DNA from: Methanomassiliicoccaceae archaeon
Lineage (GTDB): Archaea; Thermoplasmatota; Thermoplasmata; Methanomassiliicoccales; Methanomassiliicoccaceae
NCBI GenBank assembly: GCA_040776945.1
Contig: JAXGZN010000001.1
Span: 448,001-512,000, forward strand
Direction: 5' to 3'
Length of the DNA stretch: 64,000 nt
Positions 56,556 through 64,000 of this stretch are shown here, piece after piece. Below the pieces are notes generated by a model. That model was given only the letters and a program-made list of their open reading frames with translations. It was not told where the DNA came from and searched no databases. The position numbers were made by a program, and so were the translations under genes. Each line of letters opens with the position of its first letter. Positions within the stretch are counted from its first letter, which is position 1.

Positions 56556-57633
56556 GCTTGATCGCCTCTTGCACGCCCTCGGGCGGTCTAGGGTAAAGTG
56601 TTCCCGACCTCTTGGACCAGATAAGGTCCACGCGGTCGCCTATATTATAGTCTCGGTCCTCGGATGTGCTGACATCGAAGTTGACCCGATCCTCGCTGTC
56701 GGTGTCCACCGTGATACGGATATAGGTGCCCATGAAGGTGATGCTCCTAACTACGGCCCTCATGCCCTGTGAGGCGGGATGCACTCTCTCTGGCCGTATG
56801 GACAATATCACCGCGTCACCCCGCCTGAACGACGACGGTCTTGCTTCCACCACTGTGCCGTCCCTCAGCTCGACCAGGGTGCGGTCCTCCAATATCTCAC
56901 GCACCGTGCCCTCCAGTAGGTTGGTCTCCCCCACGAAGTTGGCGGTGAACAGGTGCTTCGGCGCGAGATATAATTGCTCTGGGGTGTTCGCCTCCACTAT
57001 CTGGCCGTTGCGCATCAGGACTATGCGGTCGGACACTGTCATGGCCTCCTCCTGGTCATGGGTGACGTGAATGACGGTGAGCCCAAGGTCCTTGGTGATC
57101 CTCCTGAGCTCATAACGCAGGTCCATGCGGACCCTGGCGTCCAGCGCGGAAAGGGGCTCGTCCAGCAGGAGGAGCTTTGCGCCTGAGGCCAGCGCCCGGG
57201 CCAGAGAAACCTTCTGTTGCTCCCCACCGGACAGTTCCCCGGGGAACATGTTCATTCGGTCCAGGAGCTTGACCAGCTCAAGATATCGGCGAGGCACCTC
57301 CTCGATGTCCCGCACATCCATGTCCTTTACGATGGGGCCGTAGGATACGTTGCCCAATGCGTTTAGGTGGGGGAAGAGGGCGATGTTCTGGAAAACATAC
57401 CCGATGTCCCTCTCCTCTATAGGCACGCCCTTCATGTCCCTGCCGCCTATGAGCACTGAGCCCTCTGAGGGCTCGATTATCCCCGCGATCATCCGTATCA
57501 GCGTCGTCTTCCCGCATCCAGAAGGCCCCAGGATGGTGAGATATTCCCCATCGGCGATCTTGAGGTCGATGTTCCGGGAGGCGACCACCTTCCCGAAGCG
57601 TTTCCCGATCCCCCGGAGCTCGACCTCAGGCAT
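56548..57633 (-). CDS. ABC transporter ATP-binding protein (TOBE-type)
   Basis: GPSGCGKT, LSGGEQQ, LLLDEP. Confidence 0.93.
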   Translation of the reverse strand: MPEVELRGIGKRFGKVVASRNIDLKIADGEYLTILGPSGCGKTTLIRMIAGIIEPSEGSVLIGGRDMKGVPIEERDIGYVFQNIALFPHLNALGNVSYGPIVKDMDVRDIEEVPRRYLELVKLLDRMNMFPGELSGGEQQKVSLARALASGAKLLLLDEPLSALDARVRMDLRYELRRITKDLGLTVIHVTHDQEEAMTVSDRIVLMRNGQIVEANTPEQLYLAPKHLFTANFVGETNLLEGTVREILEDRTLVELRDGTVVEARPSSFRRGDAVILSIRPERVHPASQGMRAVVRSITFMGTYIRITVDTDSEDRVNFDVSTSEDRDYNIGDRVDLIWSKRSGTLYPRPPEGVQEAIKLE

Positions 57634-58730
57634 CAGTCCACCCTCAGCTCGCGCTCCAGCCCGCCCTCTGGGTACGGGAACACCGACGCTTTCCGCACGC
57701 TCCAGTTGAGCCCTATCTCGTCACCAACCGCCACCTGGTCGCGCCTGGTGGCCGGCAGCTTCACGGAGTAGCGCCCCAGCCCGGGGACGTCGACGTCCAA
57801 GTGCACGATGCGGCCCTCGAACAAGGCCCTCTCCACCGTCCCGGTCAGGAAGGCATCGCTCTTCTTCACCACCCTGGTGTTGCCGATCTTTACCGCCACC
57901 ACCACCTTGGAATCAGCGGGCAGGGCGCATGGCCGGGCGAACACTACGCGCCCGTCCTCGTCATGCACGGTGGTCGTCCGGTCGTTGCCGGAGCACAGCA
58001 CCGAGCCGGTGAAGAAGTTGGACTGCCCGACGAAGTTGGCCACGAAGGGCGTTGCCGGACTATCGAAAACCTCTCGGGGAGTGCCTATCTGGATGATGCG
58101 GCCGTTGCGTATGACCGCGATCCTATCGGCCATCACCAGAGCCTCCTCCTGATCGTGGGTGACGTGAATGACGGTGAGCCCCAGGGCCTTGGCCATGGAC
58201 CGTAGCTCGTACCGGAGGTCGATCCTCAGTCTGGCATCAAGGGCCCTCAGGGGCTCGTCCAATAGCAGAACGTCTGGGTTAGTGGCCAGGGCCCTGGCCA
58301 GCGCGCTCCTCTGCTGCATCCCTCCGGAAAGCTCGCGTGGATAGGCGTCCGCCCGCTTGGTCAGGCGGACAAGGTCCAACAGCTCGACGAGCGTCCGCTT
58401 CCTGATGTCCTCGGGCACCTTCCGGATCTCCGGCCCGAACATGACGTTCTCGGCCACGGTCATGGTCGGGAACAGCGAGTATGTCTGCGACAGCAACACT
58501 GCGCTGCGCTCCTCCGGCTCAAGGTCGGTGACATCCCGCACGTCCAGGAATACCTGCCCTGAGTCCGGGCGGGTCAGGCCGGCGATTATCCTCAGGGCGG
58601 TCGTCTTGCCGGCCCCGGTGGGTCCCAGAAGGCAAAGGTACTCGCCGTCCTCCACCATGATCTCTAGGTCATCTGCGGCGATCACATCGCCGAACCGCTT
58701 GTTGATCTTCCGAAGAGTGATGCTGGGCGT
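57633..58730 (-). CDS. ABC transporter ATP-binding protein (TOBE-type), apparent ACG start
   Basis: GPTGAGKT, LSGGMQQ, LLLDEP; frame extends to ACG-PSITLRKINKRFG, aligning with the paralogue N-terminus. Confidence 0.9.
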   Translation of the reverse strand, partial: TPSITLRKINKRFGDVIAADDLEIMVEDGEYLCLLGPTGAGKTTALRIIAGLTRPDSGQVFLDVRDVTDLEPEERSAVLLSQTYSLFPTMTVAENVMFGPEIRKVPEDIRKRTLVELLDLVRLTKRADAYPRELSGGMQQRSALARALATNPDVLLLDEPLRALDARLRIDLRYELRSMAKALGLTVIHVTHDQEEALVMADRIAVIRNGRIIQIGTPREVFDSPATPFVANFVGQSNFFTGSVLCSGNDRTTTVHDEDGRVVFARPCALPADSKVVVAVKIGNTRVVKKSDAFLTGTVERALFEGRIVHLDVDVPGLGRYSVKLPATRRDQVAVGDEIGLNWSVRKASVFPYPEGGLERELRVD

Positions 58731-60392
58731 TCAGATCGCCTCCTTCCTCTTCTTGGTCAAGTAGCGCAGCATCAGCATGAAGACATACGATACGATGATG
58801 AGGACGATGCATGCCAGCCCAGCTTGGAAGAAGGCGTCCGAGCGCACCAAGGATACGATGAACACCGGCGCGGTCGGAGCATCGTTTCCCAATATGGCCT
58901 GCGTCGCGCCTGTTTCGCCCAGGCTTCGGGTGAACGCCATGATGGCCCCAGCAAGGATAGATCCCTTGATAAGAGGGTAGAGGACGCGGCGGAAGGACTG
59001 GGTGGGGCTTGCGCCCAGTGTCCTGGCGGTCTCCTCATAGGACGGGTCTATCTCCTCCACCGCCCCGGCGACGTTCCTGACCACCAGAGGGTATGTGAAC
59101 GCGACGTGGGCAAGTATCAATATTATGAGCTCAAGCTCTCCGAGAGAGCCGGCCGAGCCCCAAAAAAGGCTGAGAGATATCCCCAAAGCGGCGGTGGGCA
59201 CGATGAGCGGGACGTTCACTAGCACATCCAGAACATGTGAGGAACGGCGTTCCCGGTTCTTCGAGATGTGCATTGCGAACGGTATCCCCAATGCGATATC
59301 TATCAACGTGACGATGCCGGCGACGAGGAAAGAGATGCCCAGGGCATGGAAGAACTGACCCCACTCCACTTCCTGGGGGGAGGAGAACAGGACATAGGTG
59401 AAGATGAAGAACGACGGCACCAGGACGATCATCGCCAGGAAGAACAGCGCGGTGCCGTCCTTCAACTTCGGAAATACGCCGCGGCTGAGCATCTTCTCCG
59501 GCATCGGCCACACTCTGCGCATCGGAAGATGAAGCTTCATGATGATGAGCTTGAGGATCACCAAGAGCACGAGCGCCAGGACTATGAGCAGTATGCTCAC
59601 GAACGCCAGCGCCGGCATATAGCTGGGATCGGAGAAGGACAGCGTCCTCCAGTCGCCTATTAGCGTCGGTCCGGTGGCGAAACCGCTCGCCAACGGGTTC
59701 CCCAGGCGGTTCATGGTGCTCAAGGCGATCATCGTTCCACCGGTCTCGCTCATGCTGCGCGAGAAACACAATATGACGCCGGTGGCCAGGCCTGCACGGA
59801 ACAGCGGCAGGGTTATAGTGCGGGCGGCGGTGAGACGACTCGCCCCCAGCGTCCTTCCGGCGGTCTCGTAGGTCTCGTCGATCTCTTCCAAGATGGCCGC
59901 CAGGGATCGGACCATGTATGGATAGGAGAACACCACGTGCAGCAGGACGATGAGGACGAAGGGCGAGGATATCAGGGAGATGGAGAAGGGAGGCGGAGAG
60001 GGGTCGGCGACCCAGAAGATCGCCGCAGAGAAACCAAGGGCGGCGGTAGGCACTACCAACGGCATATCGATCAAGGTATCAAGGAGCTCCTTTCCCTTGA
60101 ACTCCTTCCTTGCCAACATCCATGCTATGGGCAGTCCGGCAAGAAAGTCGATCACCGTTACTATCGCGGCGATGGCGAAAGATGCGATGATGGCGTCCCA
60201 TATGATGCTCATCATCTCCGGATCGCTGAGGACCGTGAGGCTGATCGCTTTCCAGTCAGTGAATGCGTAGGTGACAACGTACACCGTCGGCAGGATGACG
60301 AAAAACAGGAAGAAGGCGATGATGAATAGGCTCCATCCCTTGCGGAACTCCTTCCGGTTGACGAGCTCTAGGAACTGGTCCAGTCGATTCAT
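58731..60392 (-). CDS. ABC transporter permease with duplicated domain (ModB/CysT/FbpB-like)
   Basis: Two copies of PLxVPTAALG, YExxARTLGA and RSxxETG. Confidence 0.88.
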   Translation of the reverse strand: MNRLDQFLELVNRKEFRKGWSLFIIAFFLFFVILPTVYVVTYAFTDWKAISLTVLSDPEMMSIIWDAIIASFAIAAIVTVIDFLAGLPIAWMLARKEFKGKELLDTLIDMPLVVPTAALGFSAAIFWVADPSPPPFSISLISSPFVLIVLLHVVFSYPYMVRSLAAILEEIDETYETAGRTLGASRLTAARTITLPLFRAGLATGVILCFSRSMSETGGTMIALSTMNRLGNPLASGFATGPTLIGDWRTLSFSDPSYMPALAFVSILLIVLALVLLVILKLIIMKLHLPMRRVWPMPEKMLSRGVFPKLKDGTALFFLAMIVLVPSFFIFTYVLFSSPQEVEWGQFFHALGISFLVAGIVTLIDIALGIPFAMHISKNRERRSSHVLDVLVNVPLIVPTAALGISLSLFWGSAGSLGELELIILILAHVAFTYPLVVRNVAGAVEEIDPSYEETARTLGASPTQSFRRVLYPLIKGSILAGAIMAFTRSLGETGATQAILGNDAPTAPVFIVSLVRSDAFFQAGLACIVLIIVSYVFMLMLRYLTKKRKEAI

Positions 60393-60468
60393 TGCTCAGC
60401 CCTGCAGGTCTCAGCTCCGGTAGAGGATGGAGCGATAAATAACTAATGACCGCGCCACGGCCTCATCA

Positions 60469-61443
60469 TCACGTCCGGGCCACTATCTGGTCTTTGACCG
60501 CTTGGCCTCTAGCCACCACACAGTCCGGCCCAATGATGCTGCCTTGGACCTTCGCCCCTTCCTCGATGAGCGCTCCTCTCAGTACCATGCTCTCGGAGAC
60601 CTCCGCTCCCTTGGATATCAGCACGTCGTCCTCAATGTACACATGGGGGCCGATCCGGCAACCCCGGAGGTGCGATCGCTGGACCATGTTGACGCCCGTC
60701 AGCATAGCGTCGTCCTCCTTGATCATCTCAGGAGATATCCTCCCTCCTCCAAGGTCCAAGAGGGTCCGTTGGGCGACCAGTATGTTCTCCCTGGTGCCGC
60801 AATCTATCCAATGGCCCTTGAACTCATACCCATGGAGCCCCTTGTTCAGTATTTTGGGGAAGACGTCCCGCTCCAGGGAAACGACACCCGCCGGTATATG
60901 GTCGAGCAACTCCTTCTCGAAGATGTATACCCCGGCGTTAATGGAGTTGGATATCGCCTCCTCTTTCGCCGGCTTCTCCTGGAAGGAGGTTATGCGCCCC
61001 CTCGAGTCCCTGCCCACGACCCCGAAGGCCGACGGATCGTCCACCCTCCACAGCGCCATGGTCCCTATGCCGCCGTGCTCACGGTGGTGGTGGAGCATGT
61101 CGTTGAGGTCCACCGAACATACTACGTCCCCATTGAAGGCGATGAAAGTGTCATTGATATAGTGCGCCACGTTCTTCACCGCGCCGCCAGTGCCGAGCGG
61201 CGCCTCCTCGTTCACCAGGACGACCTTGCGGCCGACATCGTGAGAGCTGAAGTATGCGTCCAGAGCATCTTTCATGTACGACACGGCAAGGACCACTGTG
61301 TCCACCTCAGCAGGAAGCGGATCGATGATGTGATCGACTAGCGGCCTGCCAAGCAAAGGTATCAGAGGCTTGGGCATCCTGTAGGTGAGCGGCCTGAGGC
61401 GGGTGCCTAGGCCCCCGGCCAGGATGAGCGCTTTCATCTCCAC
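60469..61443 (-). CDS. NDP-sugar synthase (mannose-1-P guanylyltransferase-like)
   Basis: LAGGLGTRLRPLT, PLGTGG, NGD, INAGVY. Confidence 0.88.
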   Translation of the reverse strand: MEMKALILAGGLGTRLRPLTYRMPKPLIPLLGRPLVDHIIDPLPAEVDTVVLAVSYMKDALDAYFSSHDVGRKVVLVNEEAPLGTGGAVKNVAHYINDTFIAFNGDVVCSVDLNDMLHHHREHGGIGTMALWRVDDPSAFGVVGRDSRGRITSFQEKPAKEEAISNSINAGVYIFEKELLDHIPAGVVSLERDVFPKILNKGLHGYEFKGHWIDCGTRENILVAQRTLLDLGGGRISPEMIKEDDAMLTGVNMVQRSHLRGCRIGPHVYIEDDVLISKGAEVSESMVLRGALIEEGAKVQGSIIGPDCVVARGQAVKDQIVART

Positions 61444-61468
61444 TCGGGCCTGAGGGGATCGATGCGGT

Positions 61469-61684
61469 TCACAACGGGGAGATGCTCACGACATTATTGC
61501 CGCGCAGGACCACTATCCCCAGTCGCCTGGTCTGCTCGGAGGTCCGCTCCTCGGTGTCCTCGAGGACCATGTTCATATAATCATCGTAACCGACCAGCTT
61601 CCCCTCGAGGACCCTGGTGTCCTTGAGCAGGAGGGAGATCCGGTGGTCCATCGACTTCTCGAGCAGAGCGAGCGGCATCACCAT
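61469..61684 (-). CDS. Sm-like (Lsm/SmAP) protein
   Basis: GKLVGYDDYMNMVL and LRGNNVV Sm motifs. Confidence 0.93.
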   Translation of the reverse strand: MVMPLALLEKSMDHRISLLLKDTRVLEGKLVGYDDYMNMVLEDTEERTSEQTRRLGIVVLRGNNVVSISPL

Positions 61685-61835
61685 AAATAATCACTTATCT
61701 TGGCATTGTAGGGGCGTAATTTAAGCTTTCCGCAGGAGCGAGGAGGGACCAAGCGGCCCCAGGGCGGTCCTTCCATTCCGATGGTCGGACCTCAGAATAC
61801 ATTATATCCGATGATATTATTCAAAACTAGCACTC

Positions 61836-63635
61836 ATGGACGCGGAGACCCGGCTGATCCTCGACATCGCCCTCATACTTGGTTCGGCGGGGCTGCTCAG
61901 CATCGTCTTCGGGAAGCTTAGGCTGCCAACGGTCATCGGGTATCTTGCTGGGGGCGTCCTTTTAGGCTCCAGCGTTGTGCAGGGCCTTCAGATGGATCAA
62001 GCGACGCTTTCCATCTTCTCCACCATTGGCATAATCCTGCTGATGTTCTTCATCGGCATCGAGTTGAACCTCAAGGGGCTCCGCCATACCGGGCCGGCGG
62101 CGTTCCTCATCGTTTCCATCGAGATGACCATCGTGGTCATCGTCGGCTACTATTTTGGCCTGTTCATCGGTCTGGATGATACCCAAGCGATCTTCCTGGG
62201 AGCCATCCTCTCCGGCGCCAGCACAGCCGCTGTCCTGTTGGTCGCCAAGGGGAACGGGCACATCGACCGTGATCTATCCAGGGCGCTGATGTCCATCATG
62301 GTGTTCGAGGACATCGCGCAGATCATCATCCTAACGCTGGCATCGCCGATGGCCACCGGCACCGTGGCGGCCCCTGGAGCGGAATACTGGATAGTCCTGG
62401 AGATCGTTGCCTTCATGGGTCTGACCGTCCTGATCGGCCTCATGGTCCTGCCTCGCGGCCTGGACTGGCTGCGGAGGAACTACACCAAGGAGACGGTCCT
62501 CATCGTTTCCCTGGCGCTGTGCTTCGTGATGGCCTTCATCTCCGGGTTCATCGGACTTTCGGTCGCCATCGGCGCCTTCCTCGCAGGCCTCATCATCTCA
62601 GAGTCCTCATGCAGCGACCTCGTCCGGCGGAGGATCGAGCCGATGAAGGAGGTGTTCATCGCCATCTTTTTCATCGCCATCGGCATGCGCATCGATGTCG
62701 GGATGGTGGCCGGCAACATCCTGCTTTGCCTTGGCATCGCCGCGGTGTTCATCGTTACCAAGATGTCGTCCATCCTGTTCGCCTCCTACCTCACGACGAT
62801 GGACCCGCGCTCTTCCTTCTATCTTTCGACCAGCATGGTGGCGATGGGCGAGTTCGGTTTCATAATAGCCACCCTTGGTCTGGGGGCGGGGATCCTGGAC
62901 CTTGAGCTGTACTCTACGATCATAGGGGCCGCCCTAATTACTATGATCGCGCTACCTCTGCTGTCGCGGTCCGCACCGCAGATATATGAGCGCGCCTCGA
63001 GGGCCTCGCCGTCCTGGGCCTACGAAGCTATGCGCCGCATGGAAGGGACCAGGGCCGAGGTCCGGAGGAAGTTGGACATCTCCCCGGAATTTCGCCTGGG
63101 GGTCCGGCAGCAGCTGCTGCTCATCTTCGTGGACCTCATTTTCATCATCACCATGCTCATCGTGTTCAACCTGATACCAGTGGTGAGGGCCGCCATATCG
63201 CCCGTGGCCGGGGAGATGCATATCCTGCCTTCCCTGCTGCTTTTCATAACCACCGTGATCCTCATATCCCCGGTGGTGGTGAACATCGTGGCACGACTGC
63301 GGCTCATCGCGTTCATCATCATGATCAACGTCTCCGAGGGGGGCCGCCACTCCATCTCCGGGCGCATGCGGATCTATCGCATATTTAGGAACGCGGGCCA
63401 GATACTGGTACTGGTCGTGCTCCTGCTCATGTTCGCGCCCTTCCTTCCGCCGGTCGGGATATTGGATGCCACCGCCGTCCTGGCCCTGGTCTTCATGGTG
63501 GCCATGTTGTCCGTTCTGTCGTGGGGCGTGCTGCGTCCGGCGTTCGACCGTGCCTCCTCGGCCTTCATGGCCAGACTGGTCCTGATGAACGACAGGGACA
63601 ATGGGTCCGAGGATAGGGCGTACTGCGATGACTAG
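61836..63635 (+). CDS. Cation:proton antiporter (CPA2/Kef-type)
   Basis: LLMFFIGIE, SGASTA, MVFEDI, GAFLAG, MGEFGFI. Confidence 0.88.
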   Translation: MDAETRLILDIALILGSAGLLSIVFGKLRLPTVIGYLAGGVLLGSSVVQGLQMDQATLSIFSTIGIILLMFFIGIELNLKGLRHTGPAAFLIVSIEMTIVVIVGYYFGLFIGLDDTQAIFLGAILSGASTAAVLLVAKGNGHIDRDLSRALMSIMVFEDIAQIIILTLASPMATGTVAAPGAEYWIVLEIVAFMGLTVLIGLMVLPRGLDWLRRNYTKETVLIVSLALCFVMAFISGFIGLSVAIGAFLAGLIISESSCSDLVRRRIEPMKEVFIAIFFIAIGMRIDVGMVAGNILLCLGIAAVFIVTKMSSILFASYLTTMDPRSSFYLSTSMVAMGEFGFIIATLGLGAGILDLELYSTIIGAALITMIALPLLSRSAPQIYERASRASPSWAYEAMRRMEGTRAEVRRKLDISPEFRLGVRQQLLLIFVDLIFIITMLIVFNLIPVVRAAISPVAGEMHILPSLLLFITTVILISPVVVNIVARLRLIAFIIMINVSEGGRHSISGRMRIYRIFRNAGQILVLVVLLLMFAPFLPPVGILDATAVLALVFMVAMLSVLSWGVLRPAFDRASSAFMARLVLMNDRDNGSEDRAYCDD

Positions 63636-64000
63636 GGCTCCGAGCCCTTGGCCTTTTCCTCCATCCACCGCTTGACCGCGTTCCTGCTGGTACCCTCCAC
63701 CCCGAAGTACTCGCAGAACCGCTTGGTCGTCGTCAGTAGGAGGGTCTGCCCCTGCTTCTTGGCGGCGACCAGGCCAAGCTGCTGCAGCGTCCGTACATCA
63801 TCGTACACTCGGCTTCCCAAGGACCGCGCCAGGTCGCTCTGCAATATAGGTTGATGGTAGGCGATCATCGCCGCAGCGCGAAGGACCTCGTCCGGCACCT
63901 CTTTGGGAGCGAACTGCCGGCCGAAGGGGCGGTATGCCTCTCTGACAATGAACGCGTATCCCGCTCCGGTCCGCGCGACCTGAATGGCCGAACCCCGGCC
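63632..64000 (-). CDS. scpB: SMC-Scp subunit ScpB, C-terminal part (partial)
   Basis: IAYHQPILQSDL...TTKRFCEYFG. Confidence 0.85.
   Translation of the reverse strand, partial: GRGSAIQVARTGAGYAFIVREAYRPFGRQFAPKEVPDEVLRAAAMIAYHQPILQSDLARSLGSRVYDDVRTLQQLGLVAAKKQGQTLLLTTTKRFCEYFGVEGTSRNAVKRWMEEKAKGSEP

Noticed and set aside
1-64000. CRISPR array, rRNA, SRP RNA, or pyrrolysine (amber) readthrough genes
   Set aside because: No regularly spaced repeats or recognisable RNA motifs seen; no gene appeared split by an in-frame TAG.
16393-64000. Many long antisense or alternate-frame ORFs (e.g. 16393-17457, 24552-25436, 45415-46344)
   Set aside because: Shadow ORFs expected opposite GC-rich real genes; no family motifs.

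Overview
GC-rich archaeal chromosome segment. Fibrillarin, Nop5, aIF5A, uS15, Kae1, Lsm and ScpB mark it as archaeal; gene style suggests Methanomassiliicoccales/Thermoplasmatota, which is an inference. The main accessory feature is an AT-rich ~13.7 kb element integrated at tRNA-Leu(CAG), bounded by 57-bp att repeats at 2658-2714 and 16315-16371, with a third 30-bp att remnant at 1983-2012. It carries a tyrosine integrase, an IS1634-type insertion, small wHTH-like ORFs, an origin-like repeat region and an HNH nuclease. Its defence-like cargo is an MTase-NurA-HerA operon, a frameshifted PD-(D/E)xK nuclease, a MauJ-like HEPN and a frameshifted ApeA-like HEPN. The most striking signal is the 122-nt integrase leader (16193-16314). 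It is strongly structured on the coding strand and carries nested segments complementary to (a) the tRNA 5' half, which is upstream only when integrated, and (b) the far end of the element, which is upstream only after excision. One of these segments also sequesters the integrase start codon, suggesting an RNA switch that senses recombination state. The rest is core genome: polyphosphate operon, glmM/glmU, NAD kinase, aguAB, thiE/thiM, cysK, mtnA, an ABC transporter and tRNA-Val. All calls come from reading the sequence and motifs; no searches were run.
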